Source: an uncultured Bacteroidales bacterium (GTDB taxonomy: Bacteria > Bacteroidota > Bacteroidia > Bacteroidales > UBA10428). Taken from it: a stretch of 46,500 bases of DNA. Below the pieces are notes generated by a model. That model was given only the letters and a program-made list of their open reading frames with translations, had not been told where the DNA came from and searched no databases. The stretch lies in contig CAZOLY010000002.1 in assembly GCA_964580815.1 (NCBI GenBank), positions 1 to 46,500 on the forward strand. The letters run 5' to 3'. Made by a program: the position numbers and the translations under genes. Below, piece by piece: positions 9,172 through 19,417 of this stretch. How positions within the stretch are numbered: position 1 is the first letter of the stretch; the number at the start of each line of letters is the position of its first letter.

Positions 9172-11985
9172 TCAGAACCGGATGACCTGACTTTCCCCCT
9201 GGTAAGAGATTATTTTATCAGGTTTTGATGTAATCCCGATACCTGTTCCATGGTTGTCTTTGACCAGCACTAATTTAAATTGCCGATTTTCAGGCATCCC
9301 CGGGAATGCACCTTTGCGTTCACCAAGAGTAAGCTGGCGCTTTATATCATCCCAGTGAAAATCAACAGTTGAATAGACGCCTTTCTCATAATTATAATTA
9401 TCGTTCTCATCTTCATATAATGTAAAGTCGGCATCAGCACCGGGATAGATTCGCAATTCAATAGTATCGGCGGATTTTTCTGTTGAATATTGGACAAAAG
9501 GGCCAAATGGAATAATTGAGCCTGCTTTAATCATTAAGGGTATCTTATCAATTGGAGTATCTGCGGTAATGGTCTTGCCTCCTGCCACAGTCCTGCCTGT
9601 CCAGAAGTCAGTCCACTGATGCTGAGCCGGCAGGTACACCTCCCTGGTTTTTTTTCTTTTCTCAACAGTTGCTTCTTTTTTAAACATGTCAGGGGTTTTC
9701 CAGTAGAGCTTTACTTTTGATGCCCCGGTTGACCTGTTCTCTGTCTCCATGATAAAATCATATTCTCTGCCTGCTTCGAGTTCCACAAAATCAGTATACT
9801 GCTCAACACTTGTATAAATATAAGGAAGCTCCTTGCCGTCAAGAATTATACGCTTTGCATCATAACATTTGATATGAAACTGGTACTTGCCTGTAAGTGC
9901 CGGGATGAGCTTTCCTTCCCACCGTATTGAATAGCAGGAATCGGTAACATAGTCGGGGCGCCCTGTATACCACAAATAGTCAATATTAGGAACAACCTCT
10001 TCGTAGGACATTGTTTTAAATTCCGGATCTTTGTAATACCTTGCAAGTAATCCCTGTTTGCCGTCTTTGGTCCTGAAATATCCGGGGCTGATAAGTATGC
10101 TGTTCTCCGGTGGCCTGTAGATCATATATTCAGTAACAGGACATACCATAATTGAAGGTCCGAACATAAACTGGTCACTCACGGAACGGACTTCCCTATC
10201 TTCGTTAAAATCCATTGGCAGTCCGCGCATAATAGTATAACCATCATTTGTAACCTGCCAGGCAAGTGAATAGATATAGGGGAGCAGGCGGTAACGCAAA
10301 TTGTCGAATTTCAGCATTGCCTCTGAAAACTCACCAAATTCCCATATCTCACGGGGCGTTTCTGAACCATGAGCCCTGAATACAGGACAAAATGCTCCAA
10401 ATTGAAACATACGTGCATAAAGCTCCTGGTATGCAGGGTCCTTGCCCCCGTTTGAAAATACCCCGCCATAAGCGCCAAGGACAAAACCACCGATATCAAA
10501 TGTCCAGTATGGTATACCTGACATGCAGAAATTAATGCCTGCAGTTATTTGTTTCCTGTAAATATCCCAGCTGGCACCTATATCACCCGACCAGGTAGTG
10601 GCTGCCGAACGCTGCTGGCCTGCAAAAGCCGAGCGTGTAAGCATGTAAACACGCTTCTCATCGGTTTCCTTACGCTGATTCATATAAAGCCTGTCCATCA
10701 TTACCAGGGAATAAGCATTTAAATACCTGGCCCAGGAGCCCAGGTGGTTTCTTCCTATCTTTTTCATCTCATATTCCTCGGCTTCTTTCGTTGTGGCATT
10801 TACAATATCAGGCTCCGTAGAATCGATCCACCAGGCATCGATACCTGTTGAATATAATCCTTTTTTCACATACTCCCAGTAAAGGTCATTAGCCTCAGGA
10901 ATAAATGCATCAAAGTATTTAAAACCTGCCCACCCTGATGTGTTAAAAAGATAACCTCCCTTCTCCATATCTTTATAAATAAGGGTATTCGGACCAAGGC
11001 CCGGCCATATTGAGATCATAATATGAAAATTAAGATCATGAATCTTGCGGATCATCTCTGCTGGTTCCGGGTATCTCTTGGGATCAAAAAACATCTGGCT
11101 GAAGTTTTCATTCCCCTCCCAATAGAACCAGTCCTGAATGATATTGTCAGCGGGTATCTTGCGTCGGCGGTATTCTTGAGCAACACCGAGCAATTCATCA
11201 CGATCTTTATAGTGCTCTTTGCTTTGCCAGTATCCGTATGCCCATTTGCCATACATCGGCGCCTGCCCCGTGAGGTTCCTGTAACCCGCTATAACATCAT
11301 CCATGGTATTCCCGTAAATAAAATAATAGTCAATATTGTCCCCCATGTCCGACCATAGTGAAGTTTCGGTACCATCCTCAAAAACTGTCTTTGAGTAATT
11401 GTCCCATAATATCCCGTACTTTCTTGTCGATATTATGAACGGATTTACCGCATCCGTATTGGTCTGTACCAGGTTTACCGTACGCCCCCTGTAGTTCATG
11501 TACCCGTCCTGATGCTGACCAAGTCCGTATATGCCTTCATCAGGGGTTAACCTGAATTTCTGCTGAACATTAAAAGATTTATCACCATTATATTCAACCG
11601 GTGTGAATGCAGGCTTTCCATATTCATTAAGGATAATTTCATTATCCTTATCAAAGAACTCTATTCTGCCGTCATTCTTTGCTATGCGTAATATGAGTTT
11701 GCTGCTGCTGACCTTTATATACCCTGACTTTTCCTGCATGCTGATGTCCAATTCAGGCAGGCTGTCCAGAATCACAGACAGGCTCAGCTTTTGAGGTGAA
11801 CCGCCCGGCAGCCATTTAACTACACGTACAATGTTGTCAGAATAAAACCGGACCTTCAGGTTCAATCCTTTTGTTTCAATCTCTATCCCATTTTTAATAT
11901 GTTTAATCCCTTTATGACCGGTGGAACATCGGTAGGATATGAACAATAGCATTAATATAAGTAACAAAATGAAGCGTGTTTTCAT
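9172..11985 (-). CDS. Glycoside hydrolase family 31 (alpha-xylosidase/alpha-glucosidase type) with inserted PA14 domain
   Basis: GH31 core stretches KWAYGYWQSKEHY, IDAWWIDSTEPD (nucleophile region) and TWSGDIGASW. PA14-like segment YYKDPEF...YSIRWEGKLIP..GKYQF...KLYWKTPD at about nt 9690..10056. I moved the start to ATG 11983..11985 (MKTRFILLLILMLLF signal peptide) because the listed start at 12048 is a TTG. Confidence 0.85.
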   Translation of the reverse strand: MKTRFILLLILMLLFISYRCSTGHKGIKHIKNGIEIETKGLNLKVRFYSDNIVRVVKWLPGGSPQKLSLSVILDSLPELDISMQEKSGYIKVSSSKLILRIAKNDGRIEFFDKDNEIILNEYGKPAFTPVEYNGDKSFNVQQKFRLTPDEGIYGLGQHQDGYMNYRGRTVNLVQTNTDAVNPFIISTRKYGILWDNYSKTVFEDGTETSLWSDMGDNIDYYFIYGNTMDDVIAGYRNLTGQAPMYGKWAYGYWQSKEHYKDRDELLGVAQEYRRRKIPADNIIQDWFYWEGNENFSQMFFDPKRYPEPAEMIRKIHDLNFHIMISIWPGLGPNTLIYKDMEKGGYLFNTSGWAGFKYFDAFIPEANDLYWEYVKKGLYSTGIDAWWIDSTEPDIVNATTKEAEEYEMKKIGRNHLGSWARYLNAYSLVMMDRLYMNQRKETDEKRVYMLTRSAFAGQQRSAATTWSGDIGASWDIYRKQITAGINFCMSGIPYWTFDIGGFVLGAYGGVFSNGGKDPAYQELYARMFQFGAFCPVFRAHGSETPREIWEFGEFSEAMLKFDNLRYRLLPYIYSLAWQVTNDGYTIMRGLPMDFNEDREVRSVSDQFMFGPSIMVCPVTEYMIYRPPENSILISPGYFRTKDGKQGLLARYYKDPEFKTMSYEEVVPNIDYLWYTGRPDYVTDSCYSIRWEGKLIPALTGKYQFHIKCYDAKRIILDGKELPYIYTSVEQYTDFVELEAGREYDFIMETENRSTGASKVKLYWKTPDMFKKEATVEKRKKTREVYLPAQHQWTDFWTGRTVAGGKTITADTPIDKIPLMIKAGSIIPFGPFVQYSTEKSADTIELRIYPGADADFTLYEDENDNYNYEKGVYSTVDFHWDDIKRQLTLGERKGAFPGMPENRQFKLVLVKDNHGTGIGITSKPDKIISYQGESQVIRF

Positions 11986-12085
11986 AATTATTATTTTGGC
12001 TAAAAATAAACAATTATTACTGACAGCGGGTATATAAAATGATTCCAATTAGGAATGGATTTTGTTATAAATAGAATTAACCCTC

Positions 12086-13291
12086 CTACCTGAGAAATAG
12101 TATTCTTTGTGATTCGATGAAATCATTCCCGGCCTGCAGCCTGCAAAAATAAACGCCGCTTGTGAGAATAGCGGCATTAAAAATTATCTTATGTTTTCCT
12201 GCCCCCATCTTCTCGTCAACCAGGGTTTCAAGCTCGTTGCCCAAAACATCATAAACCTTTAGTGATATGTAATTGTCACAGGGTATTGTATAGAAAATTG
12301 TTGTTTCACTGTGGAAGGGATTGGGGTAAAAGTAAAACTGACCTTGTGATCTATAGGTATCCTGTTTGTTATCAACAGATGATATATTAGGCTCGCCAAT
12401 ACGTATTCGATATACTGCTGTTCCTGAGGTGATATAAAGGGTCTTCATGTCATCGTCGCCCCAGTTACAGTTTGTTGTTTGTCCGGGTACCTCTATAGTA
12501 TCAAGCACAGTACCATCCGGAGCATATACCCATATCCCAAAGGGGCCGGTGGAAAACAAATGTCCGTCTTCATCCGTCTTCATGCCGTCAGTACTACCGG
12601 AGGCGTTCATAAAAGCAAACTGCTGCCTGTTAGCAATAAGGGTATCGTCTGTCACGTCGTATACATAAATTATATGTGCCTCTGAATCTCCAACATAAAG
12701 CTTTGTCTCGTCAGGTGAAAAAGCTATGCCATTTGGCCATGCTACGGTACTATCCAGCAATTGCAAAACTCCCGAAAGACTTATCCTGTAAATTCCTGAA
12801 AAATCCAGCTCTTCCTGTCCGGCAGATATTCCATATGCAGGATCGGTAAAAAATATGGAACCGTCGGATTTTACAGCAATATCATTCGGACTGTTAAGGC
12901 GCTTGCCATTATAGTGTGTAGCAAGGGCTGTTTCAGTTCCGTTCTCTTCTATTCGAGCAATACGGCGGTTACCATGCTGGGCTAAAAGTAGACGGCCCTG
13001 CAAGTCCAGTGCCAGTCCGTTTGAATTTCCCGAGGGGCTTAGATACGAAACAGCTCCTCCATCAGCTGTCCATTTATATACTGTATTTGCAGGTATATCA
13101 CTAAAAAGCAATCCCACACCGTCAATCCAGACAGGTCCCTCGACAAACTGAAATCCTTCTGCAATTTTTTCCAGCTCCGCATCCTGGGGTACAGGTGATT
13201 GTGAATATAAGGTAAGGACACTTAAAAGACAGATCAATCCAATCATTATATATTTATATCTTCTTCTTAATATTTTTTCTGATGTTTTCAT
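12086..13291 (-). CDS. SMP-30/gluconolactonase/LRE-family beta-propeller protein with T9SS C-terminal sorting domain
   Basis: FVEGPVW, NSPNDIAV, GSIFFTDP, PNGIAFSPDE and LYITS are typical of the SMP-30/lactonase family. The tail YPNPFHSETTIFYTIP...LKVYDVLGNELETLVDEK...GVYFCRLQAG is a T9SS CTD. Confidence 0.8.
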   Translation of the reverse strand: MKTSEKILRRRYKYIMIGLICLLSVLTLYSQSPVPQDAELEKIAEGFQFVEGPVWIDGVGLLFSDIPANTVYKWTADGGAVSYLSPSGNSNGLALDLQGRLLLAQHGNRRIARIEENGTETALATHYNGKRLNSPNDIAVKSDGSIFFTDPAYGISAGQEELDFSGIYRISLSGVLQLLDSTVAWPNGIAFSPDETKLYVGDSEAHIIYVYDVTDDTLIANRQQFAFMNASGSTDGMKTDEDGHLFSTGPFGIWVYAPDGTVLDTIEVPGQTTNCNWGDDDMKTLYITSGTAVYRIRIGEPNISSVDNKQDTYRSQGQFYFYPNPFHSETTIFYTIPCDNYISLKVYDVLGNELETLVDEKMGAGKHKIIFNAAILTSGVYFCRLQAGNDFIESQRILFLR

Positions 13292-13321
13292 AATTCTGTA
13301 TTTAGCGGTTTATAAATTATT

Positions 13322-14560
13322 TCAAATAAGGAACTCTTCAGGTACATTCTTTAACCTGGCAATATCAGATACCCTGTCCTTTATATCAAATCCCATTGTG
13401 CAATCCACAGTGCAATTGTGGCAATCAATGCAGGGTGCTCCATTCAAATTTACCTGATTTATTGTTTCCCTTGCAACTGCCAGGTTCCTGTGGCCGTATG
13501 CGTACATATATGATCTCATAAGAGTAGGTATATCCAGTCCTTTACGGCACTTTGCAACACATTTTCCGCACTGCGGGCAGAACATGCCCGTCAATCCCAT
13601 TTCCTGGCCCTTTTGAAGATCTTTTATTTCTTCCGGCGTAAGATTAAGATCTTCCATTACTGACATATCCTCGCTAAGCTGATCAAATGTTGTCATGCCG
13701 GGAATGGCAGTGCATATATTCTCATTCTGAAGGGACCACTTTAATGCAGCCTTCATATTTATAGGGTGCTGCCTCTCCTTGTCCCAGTAACCTCCGGCCT
13801 GCGTTTTCATAGCTATTATGCCGAGCCCGGCATCAGCAGCTTCAGCAAGTGCCTGGTCCATTTCCTGCCATCCATACATCTGAATGTTATAGACGGTAAG
13901 AATAACTTCATAAACCTTACTGTCAATTGCTGCCCTTATAAGTTCAGGAAAATTTTCATGAAATGACATTCCTATAAATCTTATTTTACCCTGCTTCTTT
14001 GCTGTTGTCAACGCGTTAATGAGTCTTTCGGTAAGGACGGTTTCCCTGGTATTTACGGCATGAAAATATAATATATCCACATAATCCAGTTGCAGCCGCT
14101 CTAAACTCGTATTAAGCTTCTCAAGGTACAGCTCCTTTGTAGACTCCGAAGATACTTTTCTAGTATTCCAGCCTTCGGAATTATCCCATTCAGGTTGTAT
14201 TTTTGTTGAAATAAAAAAAGAATCCCTTGGCCTTTCCTTTAATATATCTCCGAGTATAACCTCACTTTTTCCTTTAAGATAACCATGAGCTGTATCAAGA
14301 TGAACTATGCCGGCATCCAGTGCTGCCCTGATAAGGTTTGGATTACCTGTATTCATAACTCCCATGCTTACTACAGGTAGTTGTATCCCTGTTTTGCCAA
14401 GTGTACGGTAAACGAACTTATTATCATTGGCTGAGGCTGGTTCTTCCCGGCCGAAAGCTGAAAATGTGCTGCCCGTCACACTTAATAGTCCGGCCGATGC
14501 TGCTCCTGCAGCTGCCTTTGATAAAAATCCGCGCCTGTTGTATTTATTCTTTTTTTTCAT
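13322..14560 (-). CDS. Aldo/keto reductase with Tat signal and C-terminal 2x[4Fe-4S]-type cysteine motifs
   Basis: Twin-arginine motif NRRGFLSKAAAGAASAG. AKR core (HLDTAHGY, ISTK, YVDILYFHA, GMSFH). C-terminal CPQCGKCVAKC and CIDCHNCTVDC (CxxCxxCxxxC, twice). I set the start to ATG 14558..14560 because the listed 14617 is a TTG. Confidence 0.75.
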   Translation of the reverse strand: MKKKNKYNRRGFLSKAAAGAASAGLLSVTGSTFSAFGREEPASANDNKFVYRTLGKTGIQLPVVSMGVMNTGNPNLIRAALDAGIVHLDTAHGYLKGKSEVILGDILKERPRDSFFISTKIQPEWDNSEGWNTRKVSSESTKELYLEKLNTSLERLQLDYVDILYFHAVNTRETVLTERLINALTTAKKQGKIRFIGMSFHENFPELIRAAIDSKVYEVILTVYNIQMYGWQEMDQALAEAADAGLGIIAMKTQAGGYWDKERQHPINMKAALKWSLQNENICTAIPGMTTFDQLSEDMSVMEDLNLTPEEIKDLQKGQEMGLTGMFCPQCGKCVAKCRKGLDIPTLMRSYMYAYGHRNLAVARETINQVNLNGAPCIDCHNCTVDCTMGFDIKDRVSDIARLKNVPEEFLI

Positions 14561-14685
14561 AATTATGCTTATTAAATTTATATTTCTAATCTGCATGCCC
14601 CGCAGTAAAGACCACAATACCCGATTTTATGAAAATCCGACACTTGAAGGTCTCCTTTTTATTACATAACTTACCGTTAATAATA

Positions 14686-14693
14686 CAAAAATA
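14686..14693 (-). promoter_or_regulatory. Candidate Bacteroidota -7 promoter box (TAttTTTG on the minus strand) upstream of the AKR/lactonase/GH31 gene string
   Basis: The plus strand reads CAAAAATA, which is TATTTTTG on the minus strand and an exact TAnnTTTG match. It lies about 126 nt upstream of ATG 14560. Confidence 0.3.
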
Positions 14694-14804
14694 AATTATT
14701 ATATGTAAAATGAAATCAACCTCAAGAAATATAAGTCAATTAATAATTGCGATTCTTTTAACTAATATTGCCATATTTGTTAATATAACCACTTAACAAA
14801 GTTA

Positions 14805-15665
14805 ATGACCAGGATGGCAATGCTCAAAAAACTATATATCGTTCTGTTTTTACTTGTTTCCTGTAATATTTACATACTGGAAGTTCACGCCCAGTCCTTA
14901 CTGTGGAAAATAACAGGCGATGATCTTGGGGCTGCCTCCTATCTATACGGGACTATACATGTTAAGGATAAAAGGGTATTTGAGTTCAATGATTCCGTTA
15001 TGGCAGCATTTGAAAAATGTGAAGCCCTCGCACTGGAAGCAGACTTAAATACTGAAAACATAATATTGCTATCGCAGAGAATGATACTCCCCGGTGATCA
15101 GACACTTAAAAACCTTTTTAAAGATGAGGAATATCAGCTCGTTAAGACAGCCGTTGAAGATATAATCGGACTTGATATATCACTCTTTGACAGGTTTAAA
15201 CCAGTCATCTTATTATCTCTTGTAATGAATTACCAGTTTGCCAACGATGTCGATGTCTCTGTTGATGAATATTTTTACAATAAAGCAAAAGAACTTGATA
15301 AAAAAATCATAGGCATTGAAACTATTGAAGAACAACTGGAAATCATGGATAGCATACCTTATGAATATATAATTGACTATTTCAGGAATATTGATCAGGC
15401 GCATGAGGATATTGAAAATATTATCAGGTTATATCAGTCTGCCCGGCTTGATGATCTTCTGGAGACGATGCAAAAAGATAAGTCTATGGTCATGATTAAG
15501 AAAAATCTATTAACCGACAGGAATATAAAGATGGCAGAGAGAATTCAAAGAATGATTAATGAACAGTCAACATTTATTGCTGTAGGGGCCGGACATTTAC
15601 CTGGTAAAGAAGGTATTATTAATATACTGATAAATGAAGGTTATGCTGTCGAACCATTACGGTAA
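14805..15665 (+). CDS. TraB/GumN-family protein (secreted)
   Basis: Signal peptide, then SLLWKITGDDL..ASYLYGTIHVKD and AVGAGHLPG, both characteristic of the TraB/GumN family. Confidence 0.75.
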   Translation: MTRMAMLKKLYIVLFLLVSCNIYILEVHAQSLLWKITGDDLGAASYLYGTIHVKDKRVFEFNDSVMAAFEKCEALALEADLNTENIILLSQRMILPGDQTLKNLFKDEEYQLVKTAVEDIIGLDISLFDRFKPVILLSLVMNYQFANDVDVSVDEYFYNKAKELDKKIIGIETIEEQLEIMDSIPYEYIIDYFRNIDQAHEDIENIIRLYQSARLDDLLETMQKDKSMVMIKKNLLTDRNIKMAERIQRMINEQSTFIAVGAGHLPGKEGIINILINEGYAVEPLR

Positions 15666-15696
15666 TTATTTTCAGGGATGTTGAATTAATTTTTAT

Positions 15697-15716
15697 GCAG
15701 GTTAACCTGCTTTTTT
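15697..15716 (+). terminator. Rho-independent terminator after the TraB/GumN gene
   Basis: Perfect palindrome GCAGGTTAACCTGC (15697..15710) followed by TTTTTT (15711..15716). Confidence 0.7.
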
Positions 15717-15792
15717 ATAATCCGAATTATTATATTCATAATGATTTTTATTTTTATATGATTTATTGATTTATTTTAAACAGGAGGTTATC

Positions 15793-17622
15793 ATGACTGA
15801 CCATAAAAAACATACTGCTACCTGCATGGTATTATTTATCATTGCTACAGGCTTGTTTGCAAAACCGGATAGTATACAAAAATACATAATGGTCGATCAG
15901 TTCGGTTACCGTACAGATGATAAAAAAGTTGCCGTCATTGTCAATCCACAAATAGGGTTTAACGCTGATGATGAGTTTATTCCGGGCACAGTTTATGAAG
16001 TTCGCAAATGGGATAACGATGAAGTTGTTTACTCGGGAAGCTTAGCAGAATGGAACAAGGGGGCTGTTGATTTTACAGCAGGTGATAAGGGATGGTGGTT
16101 TGATTTCAGCGAGGTAAAGCAAGAAGGTGAATATTATGTTTATGATAAGCAGAAAGAAGTGGGGTCATACAAGTTTACGATAGCAAAAAATGTTTATAAA
16201 GATATTCTAAATGCAGTAATGCGCGTGTTTTACTATCAGCGCCTGAACTCTCCCAAGGAAAAACCTTATGCCGAAGATCCGTGGACTGATGCGGCAGCCT
16301 TCATGGGGAAAGGACAGGATAAGGAGGCCATATATCTGTATGATAAGGGTAACAAGGCCACTGCAAAGGATCTTTCAGGGGGGTGGATGGATGCCGGTGA
16401 CTATAATAAATATGTAACTTTTGCTGCGAGTCCGGTTCATATGCTACTGACATCTTACCAGCAGAATCCCGGTATCTTTACGGACGATTTCAATATTCCC
16501 GAATCAGGTAACGGCATTCCGGATATTATTGATGAAGTAAGATACGAGCTGGAGTGGATAAAAAAGATGCAGCAGGGTGACGGCGGGGTATTAATTAAGC
16601 TGGGAAATATAGATTATAACACGGTAACTCCGCCGAGTGCCGATAAGCGCCCCCGCTATTATGGGCCCGAGTGTTCATCCTCCACAATTGCCACTGCCGG
16701 AATGTTTGCCCACGCGGCACTGGTATTCTCAAAATATCCTGAATTAAAAGAATACGCAAGCGATTTAAAAGAACGTTCTGTTAAAGCATGGTACTGGTAT
16801 CATAATAATCCGAGGTCGGATACCTGCGACAGCCAGGAAATAAAGTCGGGGGATGCTGATATCGGCCTTGAAAAACAGGATGAGATGGAAGTGGTTGCGG
16901 CCATTTATCTTTTTGCCCTTACAGGTGAAGAGAAGTATAACGAAGTCGTAAAAAACAGATTTTATATAACCTCTCCTTTCTATGATATCTATTCCTATTT
17001 ATATTTCAGTCATGTTGGGGATGCACTGCTTTATTACACAACTCTTGCAGCTGCTGATGAAAATGCCAGGAATGAGATCCTTGCGCAGCGCAAAAAGGAG
17101 GGATACGGACTGCACCTTTTTCAGTTCAGGCCACAGGATGACCTTTATATGGCTTACATCCCCATGACACTTTATAACTGGGGATCAAATAATCCGCGTG
17201 CTGCCCTTGGAGCTGCAAACTATGACTTTATAACCTATAACCTTTATGGTAATAACAAGGATAAATATTTAAACCGGGCGTTGGGGATCCTTCACTATTT
17301 TCATGGTGTTAATCCCTTAGGCATAGTTTATATAAGTAACATGTACAGGTATGGAGCTGACTTATGCACTGATGAAATATATCATGACTGGTTCAGAAAC
17401 GGTTCGGAATGGGATGGGAATCCTATACCGGGACTCATTCCCGGCGGGCCCAATTTCAGGTACAATGGCACAGTAACAGAAATATCAAAGCAACCCCTGC
17501 AAAAATGTTACATGGACTTCAATGATGGCTACCCCGAGGCTTCATGGGAGCTCAGTGAACCAGCGATCTATTACCAGGCTGCATACATAAAATTACTGTC
17601 AAAGTTTATCAGTGCCGATTAA
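15793..17622 (+). CDS. Glycoside hydrolase family 9 endoglucanase with N-terminal Ig-like (CelD_N-type) domain
   Basis: GH9 signature GGWMDAGDYNKY and C-terminal catalytic region WELSEPAIYYQAAY. The N-terminal roughly 100 aa is beta-rich and Ig-like. ATG 15793 is preceded by AGGAGG (15782..15787), and the listed start at 15766 is a TTG. Confidence 0.85.
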   Translation: MTDHKKHTATCMVLFIIATGLFAKPDSIQKYIMVDQFGYRTDDKKVAVIVNPQIGFNADDEFIPGTVYEVRKWDNDEVVYSGSLAEWNKGAVDFTAGDKGWWFDFSEVKQEGEYYVYDKQKEVGSYKFTIAKNVYKDILNAVMRVFYYQRLNSPKEKPYAEDPWTDAAAFMGKGQDKEAIYLYDKGNKATAKDLSGGWMDAGDYNKYVTFAASPVHMLLTSYQQNPGIFTDDFNIPESGNGIPDIIDEVRYELEWIKKMQQGDGGVLIKLGNIDYNTVTPPSADKRPRYYGPECSSSTIATAGMFAHAALVFSKYPELKEYASDLKERSVKAWYWYHNNPRSDTCDSQEIKSGDADIGLEKQDEMEVVAAIYLFALTGEEKYNEVVKNRFYITSPFYDIYSYLYFSHVGDALLYYTTLAAADENARNEILAQRKKEGYGLHLFQFRPQDDLYMAYIPMTLYNWGSNNPRAALGAANYDFITYNLYGNNKDKYLNRALGILHYFHGVNPLGIVYISNMYRYGADLCTDEIYHDWFRNGSEWDGNPIPGLIPGGPNFRYNGTVTEISKQPLQKCYMDFNDGYPEASWELSEPAIYYQAAYIKLLSKFISAD

Positions 17623-17637
17623 GATTAGTATTTAATT

Positions 17638-18396
17638 ATGCAAGGTTCATTCGAATACCCTGATTTTGTTGCCCGCTTTTACGATTTGGTTTATAAGAAA
17701 GTGCGTTCGGAAGTTGACACCGGATACTTTATTAATAAAATACTTGGCACAAAAGGCAAAGTTCTGGAAATCGGAGTTGGCACAGGAAGGTTCTTTACCG
17801 ATGCCCTTGCAAAGGGTGCCGACATCTATGGAATAGATATCAGCAAAAGTATGATTAATGTTTTAAAGAAAAAGCTGACCCCAGAAGATCACTACCGAGT
17901 ATTGACCGGCGACGCCGGTAAAATGAAGCTGGACTTAAAGTTCGACCTTATTGTTGCGCCCTTCCGCGTATTTGCCCATGTGCTTGAAATAAAAGAGCAG
18001 ATTGCCTTTCTTAATAATGTATATGAGCACCTTAATGATAAGGGCTTGTTTATTTTTGACCTGTTCGTGCCCGATCCAAAACTTATGGCTGAAGGTATAG
18101 ATAATCTGACCGATTTTGAGGGGGAATATGAGCCCGGGAAAAAAGTCAGGCGTACCGTGTCTTCAAGAACAGATATCGTAAATCAGCTTCTTTATGTAAC
18201 AATGAAATTTGTATGGGACGAGGATAACAGGCAAATAGAAAAAGAATGGAACCTCAAGATGCGCCTGTTCTTCAGGTATGAGATTGAACATCTGGTAAAG
18301 CTCTCCAGGCTCACGCTGGTGAACATTTTCGGGGATTACAGCGAAAACCCGCTTAATGCCTGCTCAAAGGAATTTGTTATTGTCTGCAGTAAATAG
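17638..18396 (+). CDS. Class I SAM-dependent methyltransferase
   Basis: VLEIGVGTGRF (motif I), IYGIDISKSM (motif II), FDLIVAPFRVFAHV and KGLFIFD. Confidence 0.8.
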   Translation: MQGSFEYPDFVARFYDLVYKKVRSEVDTGYFINKILGTKGKVLEIGVGTGRFFTDALAKGADIYGIDISKSMINVLKKKLTPEDHYRVLTGDAGKMKLDLKFDLIVAPFRVFAHVLEIKEQIAFLNNVYEHLNDKGLFIFDLFVPDPKLMAEGIDNLTDFEGEYEPGKKVRRTVSSRTDIVNQLLYVTMKFVWDEDNRQIEKEWNLKMRLFFRYEIEHLVKLSRLTLVNIFGDYSENPLNACSKEFVIVCSK

Positions 18397-18526
18397 AGAG
18401 TATTGCTAGAAATTCCATCTCCATAACAGTGCCGGTAGAATACAAACTTTTTAAAGGCAGAAAAAATCCTTTCATAATTAAATTTACCGTACTTTTAAAC
18501 CTGTAAGTAGTAATTTTTTAAACAGA

Positions 18527-19417
18527 ATGCATATGTCAGAAAAGCTAATAATCGATTTTACTCCCACAGGGATGATACCAACAAAGGAATTAACTCCGCA
18601 TGTTCCCGTAAGTGTTTCTGAGATTGTCGAAGACGTGCATCACGCTTGTGAGATCGGTATAACCAAAGTACATATTCACGCAAGGGATCCCGGGACAGGA
18701 GAGCCAACTTATAAGAAAGAAATATATGCCGAAATTATTGAAGGTATAAGGAAATTTTCTCCCTATCTTGCTATTTGTGTTTCCCTTAGCGGCCGCACCT
18801 TTCATAAATTTGAAGAACGTTCTGATGTCCTGCAACTTGAAGGATCTTTAAAACCCGATTTAGGAAGCCTTACCTTAAGTTCTTTAAACTTTAATAAAAT
18901 AGCCAGTGTTAATACGCCTGAAATGATACAGGACCTGGCGGCTAAAATGAAGGAACGCGGTATAGTGCCGGAACTTGAGGCATTTGATGCCGGGATGATA
19001 AACTATGCCAAATACCTGGAGAAAAAGGGACTAATAACGCCTCCTCATTATTTCAATCTTTTGCTGGGAAATATAGCCTGTGCACAGGCAGATATGCTGC
19101 ATGCAGGAATTATGATCAGAGACCTGCCGGCGGATTCTTTATGGAGCCTTGCAGGCATTGGCGATAACCAGCTTATAATGAATTCGGTCGCAATAGCCAT
19201 TGGCGGGGGTGTGAGGGTCGGACTTGAGGACAATATATATTTTAACTCCTCAAGGACAAAGCTGGCCCGCAATATTGACCTGATAAAAAGGATTCACGTT
19301 ATAGCCGGAGCCAATGAAAGGGAAGTGATGACAGCTACCGAATTCAGAAGCAAGATGAATCTTGAACCAGGAAGTGGATTATACGGTCGTACCGATAAAA
19401 AAACAAATAAAAAATGA
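18527..19417 (+). CDS. BKACE-family enzyme (3-keto-5-aminohexanoate cleavage enzyme-like, DUF849)
   Basis: The pattern IIDFTPTGMIPTKE...VHIHARDP...PELEAFDAGM...GGGVRVGLEDNIY matches the BKACE TIM-barrel family, including its Zn-binding His-x-His. Confidence 0.75.
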   Translation: MHMSEKLIIDFTPTGMIPTKELTPHVPVSVSEIVEDVHHACEIGITKVHIHARDPGTGEPTYKKEIYAEIIEGIRKFSPYLAICVSLSGRTFHKFEERSDVLQLEGSLKPDLGSLTLSSLNFNKIASVNTPEMIQDLAAKMKERGIVPELEAFDAGMINYAKYLEKKGLITPPHYFNLLLGNIACAQADMLHAGIMIRDLPADSLWSLAGIGDNQLIMNSVAIAIGGGVRVGLEDNIYFNSSRTKLARNIDLIKRIHVIAGANEREVMTATEFRSKMNLEPGSGLYGRTDKKTNKK

